From the human T2T-CHM13v2.0 reference genome, Homo sapiens: DNA of 64,000 bases. The notes under the pieces are model-generated. The model did not search any database. It was given only the letters and a program-made list of their open reading frames with translations, and was not told where the DNA came from. Made by a program: the position numbers and the translations under genes. The stretch lies in the NCBI RefSeq assembly GCF_009914755.1, contig NC_060933.1; one strand, written 5' to 3'. Below are positions 42,960 to 55,270 of this stretch, in pieces; the first letter of the stretch is position 1, and each line of letters opens with the position of its first letter.

Positions 42960-45900
42960 CCATTACATTCGGATTGATTCTATTCAACTCCCTTACTCTC
43001 CATTACATTCCATTCCATTCGGGTTGTTCCATTCCATTCCATTCCATTCCAGTCCATTCCATTGCACTCGGGTTTATTCCATTCCATTCCATTCCATTCC
43101 ATTCCGGAAGATTCCATTCCATTGCATTCCATTCCATTCCATTCCCCTGCACTCGCGTTGATTCCATTCCATTCCATTCCATTCCATTCCATTCCATTCC
43201 ATTCCTTTCCGTTCCATTCCATTCCATTCCATTCCATTCCAATCCATTCCATTCCTTTCCGTTCCGTTCCATTCCATTCCATTCCATTTTATTCGGGGTA
43301 ATTGCATTCCATTCCATTCGATTGCAATCGAGTTGATTCCATTCCATTCCATTCCATTCCATTCCATTCCATTCCATTCCGTTACGGATGATTCCATTCC
43401 ATTGCATTCCATTCCATTCCATTCCCCTGTACTCGTGTTGATTCCATTCCATTCCATTCCAATCCATGCCATTCCACTCGTGTTGATTCCATTCTTTCCA
43501 TTCCATTCAAGTTGAATCCATTCCGTTGCATTCCATTCCATTCCATTCCCCTGCAGTCGGGTTGTTTCCATTCCATTCCATTCCATTCCATTCCATTCCA
43601 TTCCATTCCGTTCTGTTCCGTTCCATTCCATTCCATTCTATTCGGATTAATTCCATTCCAATCCATTCCATTCCATTCCATTCCAATCGAGTTGATTCCA
43701 TTCCATTCCATTCCATTCCATTCCACTCCATTCCATTCCTTTCCATTCCATTCCACTCGGGTTGATTCCAATGTATTCCTTTCCATTCCATTCCATTCCA
43801 TTGCAATCGAGTTGATTCCATTGCTTTGCATTCCATTCCATTCCATTCCATTCCGGATGATTCCATTCCATTGCATTCCATTCCATTCCATTCCCCTGCA
43901 CTCGGGTTGATTCCATTCCATTCCTCTCCATTCCGTTCCATTGCATTCCATTGCATTGTATTCGGGTTAATTCCATTGCATTCCATTCCATTCCATTCCA
44001 TTCCATTACAATCGAGTTGATTCCATTCCATTCCATTCCATTCCAGTCCTTTCCATTCCATTCCTCTCGGGTTGATTCCATTCTATTAGTTTCCATTCCA
44101 TTCCATTCCCTTCCATTCCACTCAGGTTTTTTCCATTCCTTTCCATTCCACTCGAATACATTCCCTCCTATTCCACTCAGAACGATTCCATTCCATTCCA
44201 TTCCATTCCATTCCATTTCGTTCCATTCCATTCTATTCCGTATCATTCCATTCCATTCCATTCCATTCCATTCCATTCCATTCCAATCCATTCCATTGTA
44301 CTCGGGTTGATTCAATTCCATTGCATGCCATTCCATTCCATTCCATTCCATTCCGTTGCATTCCATTCCATTACATTCGGATTGATTCTATTCAACTCCC
44401 TTACTCTCCATTACATTCCATTCCATTCGGGTTGTTCCATTCCATTCCATTCCATTCCACTCCATTCCATTGCACTGGGGTTTATTCCATTCCATTCCAT
44501 TCCATTCCATTCCATTCCGGATGATTCCATTCCATTGCATTCCGTTCCATTACATTCCCCTGCACTCGCGTTGATTCCATTCCATTCCATTCCATTCCAT
44601 TCAATTCCATTCCATTACAATCCGTTCCATTCCATTCTATTCCGTACCATTCCATGCCATTCCATACCATTCCATTCCATTCCATTCCATTCCATTCCGT
44701 TCCATTCGGTTCCATTCCGTTCCATTCCATTCCATTACATTCTATTCGAATTAATTCGATTCCATTCCATTCCATTCCATTCTATTCCATTCCATTGCAA
44801 TCGAGTTGAATCCATTGCATTTCATTCCATTCCATTCCATTCCATTCCATTCCATTCCGGAAGATTCCATTCCATTGCATTCCATTCCATTCCATTCCCC
44901 TGCACTCGCGTTGATTCCATTCCATTCCATTCCATTCGGTTTAATTCCATTCCATTCCATTCCATTCCATTCCATTCTATTCCATTCCATTGCAATCGAG
45001 TTGAATCCATTGCATTCCATTCCATTCCATTCCATTTCATTCCATTCCGGAAGATTCCATTCCATTGCATTCCATTGCATTCCATTCCATTCCATTCCAT
45101 TCCATTCCATTCCATTCCATTGTACTCGGGTTGATTCCATTCCATTGCATTCCATTCCATTCCATTCCATTCCATTCCATTCCATTCCATTCCATTCCGT
45201 TCCATTCCATTCCATTACATTCGGATTGATTCTTTTCAACTCCCTTACTCTCCATTACATTCCATTCCATTCGGGTTGTTCCATTCCATTCCATTCCATT
45301 CCACTCCATTCCATTGCACTCGGGTTGATTCCATTCCATTCCATTCCATTCCATTCCATTCCATTCCGGAAGATTCCATTCCATTGCATTCCATTCCATT
45401 CCATTCCCCTGCACTCGCGTTGATTCCATTCCATTCCATTCTATTCCATTCCATTCCCTTCCTTTCCTTTCCATTCCATTCCATTCCATTCCGTTCCGTT
45501 CCATTCCATTCCATTCCATTCCATTCCGGATGATTCCATTCCATTGCATTCCATTCCATTCCATTCCCCTGTACTCGTGTTGATTCCATTCCATTCCATT
45601 CCAATCCATGCCATTCCACTCGTGTTGATTCCATTCTTTCCATTCCATTCAAGTTGAATCCATTCCATTGCATTCCATTCCATTCCATTCCCCTGCAGTC
45701 GGGTTGTTTCCATTCCATTCCATTCCATTCCATTCCATTCCGTTCCGTTCCATTCCATTCCATTCCATTCCATTCGGATTAATTCCATTCCATTCCATTC
45801 CATTCCATTCCATTCCATTCCATTCCAATCGAGTTGATTCCATTCCATTCCATTCCATTCCATTCCACTCCATTCCAGTCCTTTCCATTCCATTCCACTC

Positions 45901-47990
45901 GGGTTGATTCCAATGTATTCCTTTCCATTCCATTCCATTCCATTGCAATCGAGTTGATTCCATTGCTTTGCATTCCATTCCATTCCATTCCATTCCGGAT
46001 GATTCCATTCCATTGCATTCCATTCCATTCCATTCCCCTGCACTCGGGTTGATTCCATTCGATTCCACTCCATTCCGTTCCATTCCATTCCATTGCATTT
46101 TATTCGGGTTAATTCCATTCCATTCCATTCCATTCCATTCCATTCCATTCCATTACAATCGAGTTAATTCCATTCCATTCCATTCCATTCCAGTCCTTTC
46201 CATTCCATTCCTCTCGGGTTGATTCCATTCTATTAGTTTCCATTCCATTCCATTCCCTTCCATTCCACTCAGGTTTTTTCCATTCCTTTCCATTCCACTC
46301 GAATACATTCCCTCCTATTCCACTCAGAACGATTCCATTCCATTCCATTCCATTCCATTCCATTCCATTCCATTTCGTTCTATTCCATTCTATTCCGTAT
46401 CATTCCATTCCATTCCATTCCATTTCATTCCATTCCATTCCAATCCATTCCATTGTACTCGGGTTGATTCAATTCCATTGCATTCCATTCCATTCCATTC
46501 CATTCCATTCCGTTGCATTCCATTCCATTACATTCGGATTGATTCTATTCAACTCCCTTACTCTCCATTACATTCCATTCCATTCGGGTTGTTCCATTCC
46601 ATTCCATTCCATTCCACTCCATTCCATTGCACTCGGGTTGATTCCATTCCATTCCATTCCATTCCATTCCATTCCGGAAGATTCCATTCCATTGCATTCC
46701 ATTCCATTCCATTCCCCTGCACTTGCGTTGATTCCATTCGATTCCATTCCATTCCATTCCATTCCATTCCATTCCATTCCTTTCCGTTCCATTCCATTCC
46801 ATTCCATTCCATTCCAATCCATTCCATTCCGTTCTGTTCCGTTCCATTCCATTCCATTCCATTCTATTCAGGTTAATTTCATTCCATTCCATTCGATTGC
46901 AATCGAGTTGATTCCATTCCATTCCATTCCATTCCATTCCATTCCATTCCTTTCCATTCCATTACGGATGATTCCATTCCATTGCATTCCATTCCATTCC
47001 ATTCCCCTGTACTCGGGTTGATTCCATTCCATTCCATTCCAATCCATGCCATTCCAATCGTGTTGATTCCATTCTTTCCATTCCATTCAAGTTGAATCCA
47101 TTCCATTGCATTCCATTCCATTCCATTCCCCTGCAGTCGGGTTGTTTCCATTCCATTCCATTCCATTCCATTCCATTCCATTCCATTCCGTTCCGTTCCA
47201 TTCCATTCCATTCCATTCTATTCGGATTAATTCCATTCCATTCCATTCCATTCCATTCCATTGCAATCGAGTTGATTCCATTGCTTTGCATTCCATTCCA
47301 TTCCATTCCATTCCGGATGATTCCATTCCATTGCATTCCATTCCATTCCATTCCCCTGCACTCGGGTTGATTCCATTCGATTCCACTCCATTCCGTTCCA
47401 TTCCATTCCATTGCATTTTATTCGGGTTAATTCCATTCCATTCCATTCCATTCCATTCCATTCCATTACAATCGAGTTGATTCCATTCCATTCCATTCCA
47501 TTCCAGTCCTTTCCATTCCATTCCTCTCGGGTTGATTCCATTCTATTAGTTTCCATTCCATTCCATTCCCTTCCATTCCACTCAGGTTTTTTCCATTCCT
47601 TTCCATTCCACTCGAATACATTCCCTCCTATTCCACTCAGAACGATTCCATTCCATTCCATTCCATTCCATTCCATTCCATTCCATTTCGTTCCATTCCA
47701 TTCTATTCCGTATCATTCCATTCCATTCCATTCCATTCCATTCCATTCCATTGTACTCGGGTTGATTCAATTCCATTGCATTCCATTCCATTCCATTCCT
47801 TTCCATTCCGTTGCATTCCATTCCATTACATTCGGATTGATTGTATTCAACTCCCTTACTCTCCATTACATTCCATTCCATTCGGGTTGTTCCATTCCAT
47901 TCCATTCCATTCCACTCCATTCCATTGCAATCGGGTTGATTCCATTCCATTCCATTCCATTCCATTCCATTCCATTCCATTCCGGATGAT
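42960..47990 (+). repeat. Three related ~1.1-1.5 kb cassettes at irregular spacing
   Basis: The private variant CTCAGGTTTTTTCC occurs at 44121, 46268 and 47581, each followed by CACTCAGAACG. Each copy is preceded by the CCCCTGCAGTCGGGTTGTTTCC module (~43550, 45692, 47130). Confidence 0.85.
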
Positions 47991-48974
47991 TCCATTCCAT
48001 TGCATTCCGTTCCATTACATTCCCCTGCACTCGCGTTGATTCCATTCCATTCCATTCCATTCCATTCAATTCCATTCCATTACAATTCGTTCCATTCCAT
48101 TCTATTCCGTACCATTCCATTCCGTTCCATTCCGTTCCATTACATTCCATTCCATTCTATTCGAATTAATTCCATTCCATTCCATTCCATTCCATTCCAT
48201 TCTATTCCATTCCATTGCAATCGAGTTGAATCCATTGCATTTCATTCCATTCCATTCCATTCCATTCCATTCCGGAAGATTCCATTCCATTGCATTCCAT
48301 TCCATTCCATTCCCCTGCACTCGCGTTGATTCCATTCCATTCCATTCCATTCCATTCCATCCATTCCGTTCCGTTCTGTTCCATTCCATTCCATTCCATT
48401 CCATTCCGTTCCGTTGCATTCCATTCCATTCCTCTCCATTCCATTGCACTCGGGTTGATTCCATTCCATTGCATTCCATTCCATTCCATTCAATTCCATT
48501 CCGTTCCATTCCATTCCATTACATTCGGATTGATTCTATTCAACTCCCTTACTCTCCATTCCATTCCATTCCATTCGGGTTGTTCCATTCCATTCCATTC
48601 CATTCCACTCCATTCCATTGCACTCGGGTTGATTCCATTCCATTCCATTCCATTCCATTCCATTCCATTCCATTCCGGATGATTCCATTCCATTGCATTC
48701 CGTTCCATTACATTCCCCTGCACTCGCGTTGATTCCATTCCATTCCATTCCATTCCATTCCATTCAATTCCATTACAATTCGTTCCATTAAATTCTATTC
48801 CGTACCATTCCATTCCATTCCATACCATTCCATTCCATTCCATTCCATTCCATTCGGTTCCATTCCGTTGCATTCCATTCCATTCCATTCTATTCGAATT
48901 AATTCCATTCCATTCCATTCCATTCCATTCTATTCCATTCCATTTCAATCGAGTTGAATCCATTGCATTTCATT

Positions 48975-51900
48975 CCATTCCATTCCATTCCATTCCATTC
49001 CATTCCGGAAGATTCCATTCCATTGCATTCCATTCCATTCCATTCCCCTGCACTCGCGTTGATTCCATTCCATTCCATTCCATTCCATTCCATTCAATTC
49101 CGTTCCGTTCCATTCCACTCCATTCCATTCCATTCCATTCCATTCCATTCCGTTGCGTTCCATTCCATTCCATTCCATTCCATTCTATTCGGGTTAATTC
49201 CATTCGATTCCATTCGATTGCAATCGAGTTGATTCCATTCCATTCCATTCCATTCCATTCCATTCCATTCCTTTCCATTCCATTACGGATGATTCCATTC
49301 CATTGCATTCCATACCATTCCATTCCCCTATACTCGGGTTGATTCCATTCCATTCCATTCCAATCCATGCCATTCCACTCGTGTTGACTCCATTCTTTCC
49401 ATTCTATTCAAGTTGAATCCATTCCATTGCATTCCATTCCATTCGATTCCATTCGATTGCACTCGGGTTGATTCCATTCCATTGCATTCCATTCCATTCC
49501 ATTACATTCCATTCCATTCCGTTCCATTCCATTTCATTACATTCAGATTGATTCTATTCAATTCCCTTACACTCCATTATATTCCAATCCATTCTGGTTG
49601 TCTCCATTCCATTCCATTCCATTTCACTCCATTCCATTGCACTCGGGTTGATTCCATTCCATTCCATTCCATTGCATTCCATTCCATTCCATTCTGGATG
49701 ATTCCATTCCATTGCATTCCATTCCATTCCATTCCCCTGCACTCTGGTTGATTCCATTCCATTCCATTCCATTACATTCCGTTCCATTCCATTCCATTCC
49801 ATTCGGATTGATTCTATTCAATTCCCTTACATTCCATTCCATTCCATTCCATTCGGGTAGTTTCCATTCCATTCCATTCCATTCCTCTCCATTCCATTGC
49901 ATTCGGGTTGATTCCATTCCATTCCATTCCATTCCATTCCATTCCATTCCATTCCGTTCCATTGTACTCGGGTTGATTCCATTCCATTGCATTCCCTTCC
50001 ATTCCATTCCATTCCATTCCATTCCATTCCATTCCATTCCATTCCGTTCGATTCCATTACATTCGGATTGTTTCTATTCAACTCCCTTTGTCTCCATTAC
50101 ATTCCATTCCATTCGGGTTGTTCCATTCCATTCCATTCCATTCCACTCCATTCCATTGCGCTCGGGTTGATTCCATTCCATTCCATTCCATTCCATTCCA
50201 TTCCATTCCATTCCATTCCGGATGATTCCATTCCATTGCATTCCGTTCCATTACATTCCCCTGCACTCGGGTTGATTCCATTCCATTCCATTCCATTCCA
50301 TACGATTCCATTCCATTCCAATTCTTTCCATTCCATTCTATTCCGTACCATTCCATTCCATTCCATACAATTCCATTCCATTCCATTGCACTCCGTTCCG
50401 TTCCGTTCCGTTCTGTTCCGTTCCATTCCATTCCATTCCATTCTATTCGGTTTAATTCCATTCCATTCCATTCCATTCCATTCCATTCTATTCCATTCCA
50501 TTGCAATCGAGTTGAATCCATTGCATTCCATTCCATTCCATTCCATTCCATTCCATTCCGGAAGATTCCATTCCATTGCATTCCATTGCATTCCATTCCA
50601 TTCCATTCCATTCCATTCCATTCCATTCCATTGTACTCGGGTTGACTCCATTCCATTGCATTCCATTCCATTCCATTCCATTCCATTCCATTCCGTTCCA
50701 TTCCATTCCATTACATTCGGATTGATTCTTTTCAACTCCCTTACTCTCCATTACATTCCATTCCATTCGGGTTGTTCCATTCCATTCCATTCCATTCCAC
50801 TCCATTCCATTGCACTCGGGTTGATTCCATTCCATTCCATTCCATTCCATTCCATTCCATTCCGGAAGATTCCATTCCATTGCATTCCATTCCATTCCAT
50901 TCCCCTGCACTCGCGTTGATTCCATTCCATTCCATTCCATTCCATTCCATTCAATTCCGTTCCGTTCCATTCCACTCCATTCCATTCCATTCCATTCCAT
51001 TCCATTCCGTTGCGTTCCATTCCATTCCATTCCATTCCATTCTATTCGGGTTAATTCCATTCCATTCCATTCGATTGCAATCGAGTTGATTCCATTCCAT
51101 TCCATTCCATTCCATTCCATTCCATTCCTTTCCATTCCATTACGGATGATTCCATTCCATTGCATTCCATACCATTCCATTCCCCTATACTCGGGTTGAT
51201 TCCATTCCATTCCATTCCAATCCATGCCATTCCACTCGTGTTGACTCCATTCTTTCCATTCCATTCAAGTTGAATCCATTCCATTGCATTCCATTCCATT
51301 CGATTCCATTCGATTGCACTCGGGTTGATTCCATTCCATTGCATTCCATTCCATTCCATTACATTCCATTCCATTCCGTTCCATTCCATTTCATTACATT
51401 CAGATTGATTCTATTCAATTCCCTTACACTCCATTATATTCCAATCCATTCTGGTTGTCTCCATTCCATTCCATTCCATTTCACTCCATTCCATTGCACT
51501 CGGGTTGATTCCATTCCATTCCATTCCATTGCATTCCATTCCATTCCATTCTGGATGATTCCATTCCATTGCATTCCATTCCATTCCATTCCCCTGCACA
51601 CTGGTTGATTCCATTCCATTCCATTCCATTACATTCCGTTCCATTCCATTCCATTCCATTCGGATTGATTCTATTCAATTCCCTTACATTCCATTCCATT
51701 CCATTCCATTCGGGTAGTTTCCATTCCATTCCATTCCATTCCTCTCCATTCCATTGCATTCGGGTTGATTCCATTCCATTCCATTCCATTCCGTTCCATT
51801 GTACTCGGGTTGATTCCATTCCATTGCATTCCCTTCCATTCCATTCCATTCCATTCCATTCCATTCCATTCCGTTCGATTCCATTACATTCGGATTGTTT

Positions 51901-54900
51901 CTATTCAACTCCCTTTGTCTCCATTACATTCCATTCCATTCGGGTTGTTCCATTCCATTCCATTCCATTCCACTCCATTCCATTGCGCTCGGGTTGATTC
52001 CATTCCATTCCATTCCATTCCATTCCATTCCATTCCATTCCGGATGATTCCATTCCATTGCATTCCGTTCCATTACATTCCCCTGCACTCGGGTTGATTC
52101 CATTCCATTCAATTCCATTCCATACGATTCCATTCCATTCCAATTCTTTCCATTCCATTCTATTCCGTACCATTCCATTCCATTCCATACAATTCCATTC
52201 CATTCCATTGCACTCCGTTCCGTTCCGTTCCGTTCTGTTCCGTTCCATTCCATTCCATTCCATTCTATTCGGTTTAATTCCATTCCATTCCATTCCATTC
52301 CATTCCATTCTATTCCATTCCATTGCAATCGAGTTGAATCCATTGCATTCCATTCCATTCCATTCCATTCCATTCCGGAAGATTCCATTCCATTGCATTC
52401 CATTGCATTCCATTCCATTCCATTCCATTCCATTCCATTCCATTCCATTCCATTGTACTCGGGTTGATTCCATTCCATTGCATTCCATTCCATTCCATTC
52501 CATTCCATTCCATTCCATTCCGTTCCATTCCATTCCATTACATTCGGATTGATTCTTTTCAACTCCCTTACTCTCCATTACATTCCATTCCATTCGGGTT
52601 GTTCCATTCCATTCCATTCCATTCCACTCCATTCCATTGCACTCGGGTTGATTCCATTCCATTCCATTCCATTCCATTCCATTCCATTCCGGAAGATTCC
52701 ATTCCATTGCATTCCATTCCATTCCATTCCCCTGCACTCGCGTTGATTCCATTCCATTCCATTCTATTCCATTCCATTCCCTTCCTTTCCTTTCCATTCC
52801 ATTCCATTCCATTCCATTCCATTACGTTCCGTTCCATTCCATTCCATTCCATTCTATTCGGGTTAATTCCATTCCATTCCATTCGATTGCAATCGAGTTG
52901 ATTCCATTCCATTCCATTCCATTCCATTCCATTCCATTCCATTCCTTTCCATTCCTTTACGGATGATTCCATTCCATTGCATTCCATTACATTCCATTCC
53001 CCTGTACTCGGGTTGATTCCATTCCATTCCATTCCATTCCATGCCATTCCACTCGTGTTGATTCCATTCTTTCCATTCCATTCAAGTTGAATCCATTCCA
53101 TTGCATTCCATTCCATTCGATTCCATTCGATTGCACTCGGGTTGATTCCATTCCATTGCATTCCATTCCATTTCATTCCATTCCATTCCATTCCATTCCA
53201 TTCCGTTCCATTCCATTTCATTACATTCAGATTGATTCTATTCAATTCCCTTACACTCCATTATATTCCAATCCATTCTGGTTGTCTCCATTCCATTCCA
53301 TTCCATTTCACTGCATTCCATTGCACTCGGGTTGATTCCATTCCATTCCATTCCATTGCATTCCAATCCATTCCATTCCGGATGATTCCATTCCATTGCA
53401 TTCCATTCCATTCCATTCCCCTGCACTCGGGTTGATTCCATTCCATTCCATTCCATTACATTCCGTTCCATTCCATTCGATTCCATTCGGATTGATTCTA
53501 TTCAATTCCCTTACACTCCATTCCATTCCATTCCATTCGGGTAGTTTTCATTCCATTCCATTCCATTCCTCTCCATTCCATTGCACTCGGGTTGATTCCA
53601 TTCCATTCCATTCCATTCCATTCCATTCCATTCCATTCCATTCCGTTCCATTCCATTACATTCGGATTGATTCTATTCAACTACCTTACTCTCCCTTACA
53701 TTCCATTCCATTCGGGTTGTTCCATTCCATTCCATTCCATTCCACTCCATTCCATTGCGCTCGGGTTGATTCCATTCCATTCCATTCCATTCCATTCCAT
53801 TCCATTCCATTCCGGATGATTTCATTCCATTGCATTCCGTTCCATTACATTCCCCTGCACTCGGGTTGATTCCATTCCATTCCATTCCATTCCATTCCAT
53901 TCCATTCCATTCCAATTCTTTCCATTCCATTCTATTCCGTACCATTCCATTCCATTCCATACAATTCCATTCCATTCCATTCCACTCCGTTCCCTTCCGT
54001 TCCGTTCTGTTCCGTTCCATTCCATTCCATTCCATTCTATTCGGTTTAATTCCATTCCATTCAATTCCATTCCATTCCATTCTATTCCATTCCATTGCAA
54101 TCGAGTTGAATCCATTGCATTCCATTCCATTCCATTCCATTCCATTCCATTCCATTCCATTCAGGAAGATTCCATTTCATTGCATTCCATTGCATTCCAT
54201 ACCATTCCATTCCATTCCATTCCATTCCATTGTACTCGGGTTGATTCCATTCCATTGCATTCCATTCCATTCCATTCCATTCCATTCCATTCCATTCCGT
54301 GCCATTCCATTCCATTACATTCGGATTGATTCTTTTCAACTACCTTACTCTCCATTACATTCCATTCCATTCGGGTTGTTCCATTCCATTCCATTCCATT
54401 CCACTCCATTCCATTGCACTCGGGTTGATTCCATTCCATTCCATTCCATTCCATTCCATTCCATTCCATTCCGGAAGATTCCATTCCATTGCATTCCGTT
54501 CCATTACATTCCCCTGCACTCGCGTTGATTCCATTCCATTCCTTTCCATTCCATTCGATTCCATTCCATTCCCCTGCACTCGCGTTGATTCCATTCCATT
54601 CCATTCCATTCCATTCCATTCCATTCCATTCCATTCCATTCCTTTCCGTTCCATTCCATTCCATTCCATTCCATTCCGTTCCGTTCCATTCCATTCCATT
54701 CCATTCTATTCGGGTTAATTCCATTCCATTCCATTCGATTGTAATCGAGTTGATTCCATTCCATTCCATTCCATTCCATTCCATTCCAGTCCTTTCCATT
54801 CGTTTCCATTCCATTACTGATGATTCCATTCCATTGCATTCCATTCCATTCTATTCCCCTGTACTCGGGTTGATTCCATTCCATTCCATTCCAATCCATG

Positions 54901-55270
54901 CCATTCCACTCGTGTTGATTCCATTCTTTCCTTTCCATTCAAGTTGAATCCATTCCATTGCATCCCATTGCATTCGATTCCATTCGATTGCACTCGGGTT
55001 GATTCCATTCCATTGCATTCCATTTCATTCCATTCCATTCCATTCCGTTCCATTCCATTTCATTACATTCAGATTGATTCTTTTCAATTCCCTTACACTC
55101 CATTATATTCCAATCCATTCTGGTTGTTTCCATTCCATTCCATTCCATTTCACTCCATTCCATTGCACTCGGGTTGATTCCATTCCATTCCATTCCATTG
55201 CATTCCTTTCCATTCCATTCCGGATGATTCCATTCCATTGCATTCCATTCCATTCCATTCCCCTGCACTC
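48975..55270 (+). repeat. Local higher-order repeat, ~1.82-1.86 kb unit, about 3 full copies plus a partial copy
   Basis: The TTCAAGTTGAATCC module recurs at ~49408, 51265, 53082 and 54939 (spacings 1857, 1817, 1857) with the same module order. Copies 1 and 2 share private variants (CGTTGCGTTCC, GTGTTGACTCC, ATTCTGGATG, GGATTGTTTCTA, CCCTTTGTCTCC, CATACGATTCC). Copy 3 lacks them. Confidence 0.85.
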
